Shown here in pieces: positions 37,523 through 50,488 of a stretch of DNA of 64,000 nucleotides. The position numbers were made by a program, and so were the translations under genes. The stretch lies in the NCBI GenBank assembly GCA_951406725.2, contig OX597815.1, positions 44,082,001 to 44,146,000 on the forward strand, read 5' to 3'. The stretch is from Octopus vulgaris. Lineage: Eukaryota. The notes under the pieces are model-generated. The model had not been told where the DNA came from. It saw only the letters and a list, made by a program, of their open reading frames with translations, and made no database searches. The first letter of the stretch is position 1. Each line of letters begins with the position of its first letter.

Positions 37523-38735
37523 TAGGGAAAATTCACAAGAAAAACAAAAGACGAAGATAGGTGGTGTAGACAACAAACAGATGTATTAGTATAACGCTCG
37601 GGAAGTGAAAAAGTCTTTAACGTTTCGAGCCTTCGCTCTTCCACAGAAAGGAACACAGACAGAAACAAGGAGAGAAAATAAAGAATGTGTAGTGGCTAGC
37701 AATCTATCATGGCGAACGCCGGACAGAGGGGTCACACGGGAGACCTTAGAAAAAGTGGAGATAATAAAGTAGTGGTGATCCTAAAACGAAGGTGCGCGTG
37801 CGTAGGTATAGGAGAGCATATATGTGCGTGTGTAAGAGGGCTGGTGACCTTGACGTGTGCGTGTGTGTATGTGTAGGTGTGTGGATGTGGGGCTGGGATG
37901 TGGTCAGTGCAAGTGTGTGCGTGGTGGTGTGATGTGATGTGATGTGATGTAATGTGGTGTTGTGTGGTATGGTGGTGTATAGTGTAGTGGTGTGTGGTGT
38001 AGTGTGATGGTGTTGGGAGGTGAGAATGATGAAAGCAAGGGTGGGGTATGTGGGAGTGGGTGTAAGGGAAGGTGTGGGGTGGGATGGATGGATAGGGAAG
38101 GTTGGATTTTGTGGGGGTGGGGTTACGAGGGAAGGGTGACGATGAAGGGAGAGGGGAAGAGAGATGGGTAGGAGTGAAGAGAATAGAGAAGGAGAGTAGG
38201 TGTGAAGAGAAGTAGGAGTCGGAGCAAGAGAGGAGAGGTGGGTGGGAGAAAGTAGGTGTGAGAGGGAGGGAAGAGAGGGGAGGAGAGTTGAGTCCATGTG
38301 GAGCAAAAGAGCAAAGAGAGAAGATTAATCCCTGTTCACGGCGCAAACGGGAGTCTGGATGACCCTGAGCAAGGACAATCCAAATACAGACAGGTGTTGC
38401 AAAGAGTGACCGGTAGAGCGGAAATGGCGCGAGACCGGGGTGTCATTGCCGAGTCGGATGTCACAGAGGTGTTCCGAGAACCAGTCAGCCAAGCGGCGTC
38501 CCATTTGCCCGATGTATAGAGAAGGGCAGAGAAAGTAGGAGATGCAGTAGATGACATTGGTCGAACTGCAGGTGAAGAAGTCAGAGATATGATAGGGTCG
38601 ATGATAGGTGCCGGTGAGGAGGGTGATGTTGGAGAGGTAAGGGCAAGGGCGACAGTGTGGGCAGGAGCAGAGGAACGAGCCGGGTTAGGATGTTGGGTTA
38701 AGGAAGAAGCTGTGGACCAAGAGGTCTCATAGACA
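37523..38735 (-). mobile_element. Penelope-like element (Neptune-type) 3' portion: GIY-YIG endonuclease, 3' UTR and terminal repeat
   Basis: Minus-strand translation PGSFLCSCPHCRPCPY...FTCSSTNVIYCISYFLCPSLYIGQMGRRLADWFSEHL..DTPVSRHF. Terminal motif ctgtggaa-gagc-gaag-gctc-gaaacgtta. Confidence 0.85.
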
Positions 38736-38963
38736 TAGTGCTAGACATAAAAAATAAGCCATTTGGGGCTAGAAATAAAGCGGAAAAACATGAAATTCTT
38801 CGAGCTGGTATGTGTCTTCTGCGAAATCTGTGATGAGCCCGAGTGACGATGATGATCTAGATTCGCCGCTGATACCTACATGTGTGTGTGTGTGTGTGTG
38901 TGCGTGCGTGTGTGTGTGCGTGTATGTGTGTGTGTGTGCGTGTGTGTATGCGTGTGTGTGTAT

Positions 38964-39004
<41 letters not shown>

Positions 39005-39010
<6 letters not shown>

Positions 39011-39165
39011 ACTGGCTTCTTTCAGTTTCCGTCTACCAAAACCACTCATAAGGCTTTGTTCGGCCCGAGGCTATATTGGAAGATACTTTTCTAAGGTGCC
39101 ATGCAGTGGGACTGAACCCAGAATTATGACGGTAAAGCTTTTTACCACACTGCCAAGCCTGCGCC
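39005..39165 (-). mobile_element. SINE family A, 5' half
   Basis: ggcttctttcagtttccgtctacc...gcagtgggactgaaccc. Confidence 0.75.
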
Positions 39166-39879
39166 TGAAAAGAAACGCGGTATGATTAGACTCCGGATAC
39201 TGGAAATTAAAGAAAAGCATAAGCATTATTACCTGCGTAATTAATGATATTTAATTTAGTTTTATACAATAAAGCTATGTACCTGGACCTATGATTTAGC
39301 TTGGGGTTGTACTAACAGTATCATATTTAAATACAGAATAGAAAAACAAATGTAACGTTTTCAGACCGTAATGAAAAAAGTCTGTCTAAAACCAGTATAA
39401 CTCAGCAATAAATTGAACAATTTTGATAAAGAATTCTTACTAAGCCATCTAGATAAGAGCAAAGGATCATTTCTGAAGTCTTATCAAAATGTCGCAACTG
39501 TATACGATAGTGATGTTAAGGGATACAGAAGAAAACTGAAGCGATAAATTTGAGGAACTAGGGAAGTACTATTAGAATGGAATGGTTAGACGGAGAAGGG
39601 GTAAGCTAAGTTTGAATTGGTTTGTGTTGTGAGAAATGAAGGGTACGTCTAGAGAAATAAAGAATGAGGGAGCAGGCTCAGTATGGTTGTTAAAACTGTA
39701 ATCTAATGTATGTGCGTGAAATAAAAATGGATATTCCTGGCCCACTTTGAGAAAATATTGACCTAAGTACAGGCATACTTCAAGTTACGTCGGTAAATGG
39801 TTCTAGTAATCAAAATCTACGACTTAACTCGAAAAAGAACGTTACACGAAAAAAAGTATTTAAAAAATTTAATAGCTTT

Positions 39880-40085
39880 TTGTTGTTTTTACTTGTTTCA
39901 GTCTTTTTGACAGTGGCCATGATGGAGCACAGCCTTGTAGGGTTTTAGTCGAACAAATCGACCCCAGGACTTATTCTATCAGTTATTTTGCCGAACGGCT
40001 AAATTACGGATATGTGAACATGCTAACACTGGTTATCAAACGGTGATGGGAAAGGGACACAAACGCAGACACAAAGACACACACA
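39880..40085 (-). mobile_element. SINE family A, 3' half
   Basis: Family A tail on the minus strand. Confidence 0.75.
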
Positions 40086-40444
40086 TTTGATGAGAAGATA
40101 GATTTTTACCAGTCGACAAAGTGTTAGAATGAATTTTGGGCAAAATAATAGCTAAATGAAGAGATAAATAGGAGACGAAAGGAATGTTCTACTTGTACCG
40201 CGTTGTCTGCAGACGAACACCATCAATCACTTGTCTCCATAATTCCTTTTTTGCATTGCTCTTGGCACATCGCACTTCTGTAGACGAGTGTCTTCAACTA
40301 GTTGGTCAATAAATGTCCTGGCAGGACGATCACTAGATCGCTTACTGTATGTTGGTTCTCACGTCAGTATTTGACTTACTAATTCATCCTTACTACGAAA
40401 GTAGTGTCCACAAAATCTCTGCCTTCTTTCTCTTAGACGATTAC

Positions 40445-41232
40445 CCTAAGTGCAAGTTTTGAAGAATGCAGTTTGATTTAAACAGTTATTTTTTACAAGG
40501 CTATAATGGAAGCATATTCGGTATATTTTGCTTTATGAGTTCAATAAAGACAACAACGCAACGGTAAGTGCGAGGAATATTTATGCAGTATATGGGGATC
40601 GGAATATAAGCGTAAGTCAACGTCAGCAGTGGTTCCGGAAATTCCGAGCCGGAAACCACAGCCTGGAAGACGAGCCTCGTCTTGGAAATCTGTAGAGCTC
40701 GACGAGGACGCTCTGCAAACTTTGTTGGAACAAAATCCCATCGTAACTGTTGAGGAACTAGCAGAGAAGCATGGATTTAATCATTCAACCAGTCGTTCAA
40801 ATCAGCGCTAGAAGAAACACGACCATCTTTGATTTCAAGACGAAAGGCGTTCTGCCATCAGGATAATGCTCGGCCACATATAGTGAGGATGACATTCCAA
40901 AGGCTGGAGTAATTTGAATAGGAAACGATGCCCCACCCACCATATTCGCCGGATCTCCCCATCAGATAATGATTTATTCCGCATTCTTCAAAATCATTTG
41001 AATGAAAAAAATATGAATTCTGTAGAGGAGATCAAAACAGTACTGGAGGAGTATTTTTCGTCATGGACAAATGAATTCTGGAAGAGCGGCCTTGCAAGTC
41101 TGCCAGAGAGATGGAAGAGCATTGTAGATAATGAAGGAGAGTATATTTTAAATTGAAAAAAAAACTTTGTTTATTTTAATTTTGAAATATAAAAGAAGTA
41201 TAAAAAGCCACATTATTTATGGAATGACCCAA
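40445..41232 (+). mobile_element. Internally deleted mariner relic
   Basis: HIRYILLYEFNK, EDALQTLLEQNP, HQDNARPH, SPSDNDLFRILQNHL, ending EGEYILN*. Right TIR ttatttatggaatgacccaa-TA; deletion near 40797. Confidence 0.85.
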
Positions 41233-41687
41233 TATATATGTATGCATGCAGGGACTGTGGTCGCATGCGATAGACGTGATAGTTCTGTACACGACAACGA
41301 TTCGTAAGCAAGTTCAATACACGGATCTTAGCCAAGTATGTAACAGCAAGTTTTCATGTCTAACTTCGTAAAATGCTAAATCCTTTTGAGGTGCATGGAC
41401 CCTTGATCAAATAGAAATAGCAGCTAATTATTTATTAAAGCACACTATATTGTCGTGAAAAAGAAGCAACCCATTGGATAATGTACTCAGAGACAGCCCC
41501 ATAAAAACAGTACAATAAATAATGGAATGCGTTTGATCATAGGTTCTTTTGATCAGAAATGACCTAAGGCTAAACATTAAAATGATTACGCAATTACATC
41601 CTTGATATGGCACACTTTCAGACCAACTACTGCAATGTATTTCTGTTTGGGTGCTCTCGTTATCATTATTATCACTATTTCTATCGA

Positions 41688-42002
41688 GTGGAGGCGAAAT
41701 GGCCCAGTGGTTAAGGCAGCGGACTCGCGGTCGGAGGATCGCGGTTTCGATTCCCAGACCGGGCGTTGTGTGTGTTTATTGAGTGAAAACACCTAAAGCT
41801 CCACGAGGCTCAAACAGTGGAGGAGTGACCCCTTATGTAGTCTTTCGACACAAATTTCTCTCACTCTCTCTTCCTATTCTTGAGTAACGCTGCGATGGAC
41901 AGGCGTCCCGCCCAGCTGGGGGGAACACATACGCCACAAAGACCGGGAAACCGGGCCCATGAGCCTGGCTAGGCTTGAGAAGGGTGCATAAATAAAATTA
42001 AA
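41688..42002 (+). mobile_element. SINE family C, tail variant 3 (V-domain-like), TSD atttctatcga
   Basis: Family C head; tail gctgcgatggacaggcgtcccgcccag...ccgggaaaccgggcccatgagcc. Confidence 0.85.
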
Positions 42003-42014
42003 ATTTCTATCGAA

Positions 42015-42230
42015 GGCGGTGAGCTAAAAGAATGGTTACCACGTTAATTTAAACTCAGAACTTAAGGAAGGACAAAATGCTTAGCGGCATTTCGTTCTGA
42101 GTTCCGACACCACTAAGCTCGATTTTACCTTTCATTCTTTTGGGATCGATAAAATTACTACCAGTTGAACATTTGAGTCCATTTAAATCAACTTACCCCT
42201 TCCCTTACAACTGCTAATGAAACCATTATT
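42015..42230 (+). mobile_element. SINE family B (diverged)
   Basis: ggcggtgagctaaaagaatgg...ttcattcttttgggatcgataaaattactacc. Confidence 0.7.
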
Positions 42231-43227
42231 AATTCTATAATTTATTTACATTTCAATCACACCATATTAGCATGTTTGAATGTTAATTAAACTTAACATT
42301 TGATCTATGATTACCACAGAATGAAAAAGTCGAAGAATTCAGCCCCAGCACTTATTCTGAAGTCTGGTGATTATTCTATAGACTATTTCTGACAAACCAC
42401 TAAATTACAGGACTGTAAAAGAAAACAGTACCGTCTGTTAAATGGTGGTAATGAAACAAAAGCACAAAGACAGACAGACGTTCAGGCAGACAGATAAATA
42501 CACACACACATGCACATACACAAACACGCACACATATTCATATATACACACATTTATTCAACGGTATCCACAGAGTCTCTGTCGACCAAATTCTCTCATC
42601 AGGCATTGAAGAAACTTGCCCGAGGTGGTCGTGTCGAAACCACGTGATTACGAAATGAATTTCTTTACCGCACAGCTATGCTTGCCTATATTATGTGTCT
42701 GTATACAAATATATAAGATTACACCAACGCAAACGTGCGCACGCGCACACACACTCACACACACACACATACAAACTCTCACAACAATATATACATATAT
42801 ATATATATATATAACATTACCAAAGAAAGGGTGGTGGGTGACACTGACTTCGAAGTTTCTACCCGATGGCTTTCATCGGAATTTACTGTTACACTCTTGT
42901 AAAAGTTTAATAAATTTGTACTCTACTCGAAAGTATTGAGCAGAAACAGCTAAGTGGCTCGAAGGCCGAGTTCGTGCGTTGGCATGTATACATACATACA
43001 TACATATATACATACATATATATACATCTATATATACATACACACACACATACATACATACATACATACATGCATACATGCATACATACATACATACATA
43101 TACTGAATAATATATATTATATGTATATATGTGTATATGTATACATATATAATAAACGATATATATATATGTGTGTATATGTATTTGTGTGTATATATAT
43201 ATGTATGTATGAATGTATGTATGTGTG

Positions 43228-43270
<43 letters not shown>

Positions 43271-43457
43271 GTGTGTGTGTATATATATGTATGCATGTAT
43301 GAAAGTATGTATGTTTGTATGTATGTATATTTTTATACACAAACATTTGCAGTGTTCTCCAAATCATGAAATTTCACCGTTTCACTTATGACGTTTATAT
43401 GATAAATATCCTTAACACACAGACACACACTCACTAACGCACGCACATACACATATA

Positions 43458-43512
<55 letters not shown>

Positions 43513-43644
43513 ACATATATATTGTATGCTACGCATAGATATATATACAATATATAGTCTGTTTATTGTTTTGTCCCTCGTCCGTTTACTAACGGTCTCG
43601 TCTTGTAATATTTTGGTCCCATTCACAGTGCCTCCATAGTGGAA

Positions 43645-43715
43645 GCAATGTTATCGATAATGGCCGAAATTGCGCTATGACCTTCTGGCCGATAACTAAT
43701 GAGGAGTTGGTGACC
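43645..43715 (+). ncRNA. Degenerate rearranged hammerhead-like motif
   Basis: GCAAUG|UUAUCG-auaau-GGCC-GAAAUUGC-16nt-CGAUAA-CUAAUGA-GG. Stem III GCAAU/AUUGC and stem I UUAUCG/CGAUAA are intact; core G5->A and NUG triplet predict inactivity. Confidence 0.5.
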
Positions 43716-43788
43716 TTCTGTATTTTCTGTACGTTTGTGTATTTAGTATATGTTCGTATGTTTATTTACTATACGTGTTTTTGAAAAA

Positions 43789-43881
<93 letters not shown>

Positions 43882-44053
43882 CTTGTGTGTGTGTATCAAG
43901 ATTGTGGCGTTGAGATGGTGATATTTACTTATATGACTGGAAAAGGTTGTTGTGGGGATGGAAGTGCACCACGAAGGTAAAAATATCAAAATTGATGCCA
44001 TATTCACTCGTTTGTTATCCATTTTATGTTTAGACACGAAAACAAAACAAGAC

Positions 44054-44054
<1 letters not shown>

Positions 44055-44090
<36 letters not shown>

Positions 44091-44163
44091 TTGTTGGTGC
44101 TGGTGGTGGTAGTGGAGGTGGTGCTGATGATGGTAGTAGTAGTAGTTGTTAGTTGTTAGTAGT

Positions 44164-44209
<46 letters not shown>

Positions 44210-44400
44210 AAGTAGTCATAATTGTTGTTGTTGTGGTAATTGTAGAAGCGCCTAAAATCTATGGATGAGTGCGTATAAAGTAGACAAAGAAGAGGAGGTG
44301 GAAGAAGGAGGAGGAGGAGGAGGAGGAGGAGGAGGAGAAGAAGAAGAAGAAGAAGAAGAAGAAGAAGAAGAAGAAGAAGGAAGCTGTAGCGGAGGAAGAG
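44055..44400. repeat. (TAG)n, (GGA)n, (GAA)n microsatellite cluster
   Basis: Directly visible. Confidence 0.9.
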
Positions 44401-44916
44401 GAGGAAAGAAGAAAGATAGAGAAAAGGAGGAGAGGCTAAGAAGAAGTAGAAGAAAAAGATCAAAGAAAGAAATATACGTGAGAGCAAGCGTGGGAAAATT
44501 TGTAAGATGAGGTTTTCGCGCCAAATCTATTACGATGTATAAAAAAATAAATAAATAAACAAATAAAGGTGGTCTGAAGAATAAAAGCAATGTAACAAAG
44601 AAAAGAAAGGAGTTAGAAACACGTAACGAAAGGAGAATAGCGAAGAAAGGAAAAGGGAAAATATATAACTATATTAAATAAAGAAACAATGATAAGGTGA
44701 CGGAGTGTTTACTGGCGTCTGGTTTAGTGTGGTGGAATGTGCATGTATAGATACATGCATACACGTGCATACACATATGCATGCGCACGTGTACACATAA
44801 AAACTCAAATGCAAACACAAACACATACACACGCACTGGCATACACATTTCTTATCTGTATATATATGTTTGGATGTACACGTGTGTGCTTGTGTGCGTT
44901 TGCGTCTATATATATA

Positions 44917-44954
<38 letters not shown>

Positions 44955-44979
44955 TGTGTCTGTGAGTGCGTATGTGTGT

Positions 44980-45141
44980 GTGTGGCTGTGTGGTAAGAAG
45001 CTTGTTTCCCAACCACATGGTCCCGGGCTCAGTTCCACTGCGTGGCACCTTGAGCAAGTGTTTCTACTGTCGCTTAGGGTTGGCCAAAGCCTTGTGAGTG
45101 GATTTGGTAGTCAGAAACTGGAAGAAGCCCGTCGTGTGTAT

Positions 45142-45228
<87 letters not shown>

Positions 45229-45231
45229 TAC

Positions 45232-45274
<43 letters not shown>

Positions 45275-45487
45275 TGCATGTATATGTTTGCGTCTGTGTC
45301 TGTCTCCCACCATCACTTAACAACCGATGTTGGTGTGTTTACATCCCAGTAACCTAGCGGTTGGTAAAAGAAACCCAAAAAATAAGTACTAGACTTACAA
45401 AGGATAAGTCCTAGGGTGGATTTGTTCGACTGAAGGTGGTGCTCTAGCATGGCCGAAGTCATATGACTGAAACAAGTAAAAGAATAC
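44980..45487 (+). mobile_element. SINE family A
   Basis: Full copy. Confidence 0.85.
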
Positions 45488-45728
45488 AGTACTGTTTCTA
45501 ACACCCGCGAGAGTCGAGAGATTTCTGTATATATATATATCATATGACTTCGGCCATGCTAGAGCACCACCTTCAGTCGAACAAATCCACCCTAGGACTT
45601 ATCCTTTGTAAGTCTAGTACTTATTTTTTGGGTTTCTTTTACCAACCGCTAGGTTACTGGGATGTAAACACACCAACATCGGTTGTTAAGTGATGGTGGG
45701 GGACAGACACAGACGCAAACATATACAT
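45278..45728. repeat. Inverted duplication of a SINE A 3' half (arms 45278-45466 and 45540-45728)
   Basis: Arms are reverse complements with one visible mismatch; 73-nt spacer. Confidence 0.9.
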
Positions 45729-45767
45729 ACATTTATATATGGGGAAACATACATATATCTATATATA

Positions 45768-45995
45768 GGCGGTGAGCTGGCAGAAACGTTAGCGCGCCGG
45801 GCGAAATGCGTAGCTGTATTTCATCTGTCGCTACATTCCGAGTTCAAATTCCGCCGAGGTCGACTTTGCCTTTCATCCTTTCGGGGTCGATAAATTAAGT
45901 ACCAGTTACACACTGGGGTCGATGTAATCGACTTAATCCGTTTGTCGGTCCTTGTTTGTCCCCTGTGTTTAGCTCCTTGTGGGTAGTAAAGAAAT
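45768..45995 (+). mobile_element. SINE family B
   Basis: Full copy. Confidence 0.9.
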
Positions 45996-46053
45996 ATATA
46001 TCTATATATGGGGAAATGGCTAAAATTTGCCGTTTATAATTATAGTATGTTAC

Positions 46054-46098
<45 letters not shown>

Positions 46099-46149
46099 TT
46101 TACTAACTGTTTGACTAAATTACACATGAAAGCATCGTGGATGTGTAGG

Positions 46150-46880
46150 ACACCTCCATCACATGTTCCGTGACAATGTGTTAAGTTTGATAGATATTCA
46201 ATATGGCTTCTAGCTGTTCAGGCCTCTATTGATCAGCTTAGGCCGTGTGGTATTAATGTTATCAAAGTGACATCAACAATTTTCTTTATTTGTTAGGTCC
46301 ACGTGCTCAAACAGTATATTGGTAAGGTGCTGGCAGCCCTTTAGCAGCAGGCTGTGGTATAATATAATAAGTGACATTATTTCTTGTATTGGGTAAGATA
46401 CATGATGATGTAAGACTTTGGCGCGAACAAGTAACTCTGTCATCATTTAGGATATCGTTTAATGTTGATCTCTCCAAGCAACGAGGTCTATTTCGTCATC
46501 CTAAGAATGAGTGATAACTCGTGCAGTGACTTTAATGACGTGTTGACCTGACTCTTTTGTGTGTGACCATTTTCAATTCATTGGTAAGAACACCTCAAGA
46601 CGACTGTGAACGGAGACAGATGCACGCGATCTCCAAGTTTTCTGATCTACCTTATCTTGCTCTCGGCATTCCACAATGTGTTGCTGCAGCCACCTTCAGC
46701 CTCCGTTGGCCTAGGAATGTTTCCTCTGCAAAGTCCGTCGGATTCAGTCTTCTTCAGTCGCAATATGCTAATTAACCAGCTGGGATCCTAACAGGGGTTA
46801 CTACTGCGGAGTCAGAGTATATCTGGAAACAATAGTGGCTCAAAAGGGGTTCCAGGGCATGGATTGAGTATAAGCACATG
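46150..46880 (-). mobile_element. Possible CR1/L2-type AP-endonuclease relic
   Basis: Weak minus-strand remnants (NPCPG, KTES, EGGC, LGEIN) occur in the order expected for an APE domain. Confidence 0.3.
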
Positions 46881-47069
46881 AGTGGCAGCAGTGTTTATAT
46901 AGAACTTTGACACTATTGCATTACAAATGAGGTTCCACGGTGGAATTTGAACTCAGGAGGTACAGACGGATGGAATGCCGCTAAGCATTTTGGCCGGCCT
47001 TCAAACAATTCTGCCAGTTCACCGCCTCACACACACATGCATGCACCCCCCCCACACACACACATATAT

Positions 47070-47282
47070 AGGTTTGAAATATTGACACGAAGCTAGCAAA
47101 TTAGGGGAAGCGCTAAGTCGATTAAATCGACCCCAGTGCGCAACTGGTACTTATTTTATCGATTCACGAAGAATGAAAGGCAAAGTCGACCTCAATGGAA
47201 TTTGAACGCAGAACGTAAAGACGGAAGAAATGCCACAAAGCATTTCGCCCGACATGGTAATGATTCTGCCACCTCGCCACCT
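47070..47282 (-). mobile_element. SINE family B (plus head fragment at 46935-47027)
   Basis: Family B consensus on the minus strand. Confidence 0.8.
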
Positions 47283-47392
47283 CGCACACGCACACACACG
47301 TGCGGTCACATACATCTCACATATATGTGTGTGTATATATACACACTCACAAATATGTGTGTGTATATATATATATACATATATATATATAT

Positions 47393-47497
47393 ACTATAAC
47401 CTCAGGTCGACCAAAGCCTTGTAAGTGGATTTCGTTCACGGAAACTGAAAGAAGACTGTCGTATACATGTGTATATATATATTTTTGTTTTTTTTTG

Positions 47498-47548
<51 letters not shown>

Positions 47549-47755
47549 TGTGTTTGTGTCTGTGTTTGAAACCTACCATCGTTTGACAACCGATGTTGCT
47601 GTGTTTGCGTCCCAGTAACTCAGCGGTTCGGCAAAAGACACTGATAGAATAAGTACTAGGCTTACAAAGAATATATCCTGGGGTCGATTTCTTCGACTAA
47701 AGGCGGTGCTCCAGTATGGCCGTAGTCACATGACTGAAACAAGTAAAACAATAAA
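47393..47755 (+). mobile_element. SINE family A (5'-truncated)
   Basis: Body, internal (TG)n and tail. Confidence 0.85.
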
Positions 47756-47807
47756 AAAAACACTATGCCATTTCCATCCCGAGCAACGCCGTGTATCTCT
47801 GCTTGTT

Positions 47808-47854
<47 letters not shown>

Positions 47855-47915
47855 TGTTTTTTAGGTGGACACAATTTTACATTAATTTGATGGGTTACTC
47901 TATACTTTTTTAGAG

Positions 47916-48219
47916 TTGTTTGTTCCTTCTCGAGCCACTCCTGGCTCATAAGGGCCAGTTTCCCGGTTTCCTTGGCGTATAGGTTCCCCACCTAGACGGG
48001 ACACCAGTCCGTCACAGGTGAGCTGCAAGATGATGGAGGAAAGAGTGAGAGAAATTTGTGGCGAAAGAGTCAGCAGAAGTTCGCCATTACCTCCCGCCGG
48101 AGCCGCGTGGAGCCAAGGTGTTTCGCTCATGAACACACACATCACCCGGTCTGAGATTCGAATCCGCGATCCTTCGATCGCGAGTCCGCCGCTCTAACCA
48201 CCAGGCCATGTGCCTCCAC
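47916..48219 (-). mobile_element. SINE family C-related, V-domain-like tail
   Basis: Head gtggaggcacatggcctggtggttagagc...ggattcgaatctc; tail as in 7926-8103. Confidence 0.85.
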
Positions 48220-49668
48220 ACTTTTATAGAGTACAGATTTATTATTCTCATGCAAGAATGTTGGGCAGTCCAACGATGGCTTAGCTGTTGAAACTTTGAA
48301 GTCACTAGCAACAACATTATTGCATTTGAATTATGTGTATGTATGTATATATGTGTGTGTGCGTGTGCATGATGTGGGGGGGGAGGTGAGAGATAGAAAG
48401 TGAGAGGAAACAAGTGATAACATAAAAAAAGAGATGATATTAGTGCTGCAGTAAAATATATACAGAGAAAAATAAAATAAAACAAGGAATGGGATATTGA
48501 GAAAGAGACCACTGGAACTGTCTGGAGTTGACAGTTGTGTTTGAGGTCAGGATGACATTGCAGTATTCAACAGTCAAAGCAAACAAGAAGAACATCAACC
48601 ACAGCAACAGCTTCGTCTGTAGTGCAGGTGGAGAGCAGAGAGGGAGAGGGAGAGAAAGACAGAGAGGGAAGGTATCTAACATTCAGTCAGGGGGGAAGAA
48701 AGAAACACATAAAGCAGAGCAATGAGCAATTTTAAGTAGTGAACCTCTTCCACTTGTGCCGGGTAGGGTGGTTTTAATGTTGGCAAGAGCGGGGCGCTGA
48801 TTTTACACAAGCAGTGGAGACGAGGGTTAGGGAAGACAGAGAGAGAGATAGAGAGACAAACAGACAGACTGACAGACAGACAGACAGAAAGAGAGAGGAT
48901 GGGTGCATTGCATAGGAAGCTGACTGAGTTAGTGTTGGTGTATGGCTTGTCGGGCTTGTGTGTCAGGCGGTGGGGGTTTTGGTGTAATTGAGGTGGTTGC
49001 AATGGTTTCAACAACAAACACACACTCACATACATGAACACGTACACACACACACACACACACACACATTAACACTAACACACAAACACCAACACACATG
49101 CACACGCACACATACACATACAAACACACAATTACACATATGTACACATGCATGTATGTGTGTGTTTATGTTTGCACATATGCACTTTTAAACTACATGT
49201 GATCATGTTTATTACATATACATATATCTGTGTGTTTGTGCGTCCCTGTGTGTGTGTGTGTGTGTATTCACGTTTATGTGTATGGTACGTGTGTATGCAC
49301 TTTTAAATCAAATGCAGACGAATATACATGTGCATATATGCACTTTAAAAGAAATGAGAACACATTCGCAAATTCGCATATATATATATATATACATATA
49401 CATATACACACATATATATATATATACATATATATACATATATTTATATACATATATACACACCACACAAACATACATAAATACATGTGCCTGTATATAC
49501 TATACAAATATGTGTGTGTGCGTATATGAGTGTGTGTGTGTGTGCATACAGGCATACATGCATTAAGAAAAGTACATTTGATTCAAATGCGCATAAATTA
49601 TATTCATACAAGCAGAATTCAGACATTGAGTCATATTACATATTCACACGACCACCAAGCGCACACAA

Positions 49669-49736
<68 letters not shown>

Positions 49737-49974
49737 ACACACACACATTCACACACGCTATACACATACACAACACTCATAATTTATTTCGTGCATTATT
49801 GGTCTTGTCTATGTCTGACTCAAGAAGGATCACCTGCTCTCGTCTTTTCAGTCATATTTTGAGGGACATTATATTGAGCACAGGTGTAGGGAGGTGTTCT
49901 GGTTGAAGTGTATTCGGGTGTCGATGGTTTGTCTCTCGTTATTTTGTGAAATTTGACCATTACCCTTTATCTCT

Positions 49975-50435
49975 TCCTTGTTTCAGTTATTCGATTGGAC
50001 TGTGACCATGCTAGGGCACCGCGTTGAAAAGTTTAGCCGAAAAATAAAAATCGACACTAGTACTTAGCTTTAAATCTAGTGCATATTCTATCGGTTTCTC
50101 TCTTGCCGAAGCGTTTAGGTTGCGTAGACATGAACAAACCAACACTGGTTCTCAAGCGGTGGTGCAGGAGAGACGGAAACGCAGAGGCGCAGATATACAT
50201 ACATAGACACATATACAAACATATACATACAAAAATGCATAAATTCACGCATGCACGCGCACACACACATACACACACACACACACACAACAGTCTTCCA
50301 TATCAAATTCACTCCCAAGAAATTAGACGGGCCCGGATATATTGTAGAAGAACTTTCCCAAGCTGCCTCGCTTTGGGACTTAACCCAAAACCACGTGGTT
50401 ACAAATCGAGTTTCTTAATCACACAAATATGCCTG
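49975..50435 (-). mobile_element. SINE family A (diverged)
   Basis: Both halves recognisable. Confidence 0.7.
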
Positions 50436-50488
50436 GTCTGTTTAAATATTTATGAGATCATTTCTTCTTTGATTTCATTCTGGAATAA

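Noticed and set aside
39400-39548. Short open frame NKLNNFDKEFLLSHLDKSKGSF...RRKLKR* as a possible host exon
   Set aside because: No recognisable domain, weak splice acceptor, and length expected by chance.
47775-47808. Isolated Helitron-like 3' hairpin (cccgagcaacgccgtgtatctctgcttgt)
   Set aside because: Only about 30 bp, with a degraded CTAG end and no linked 5' end.
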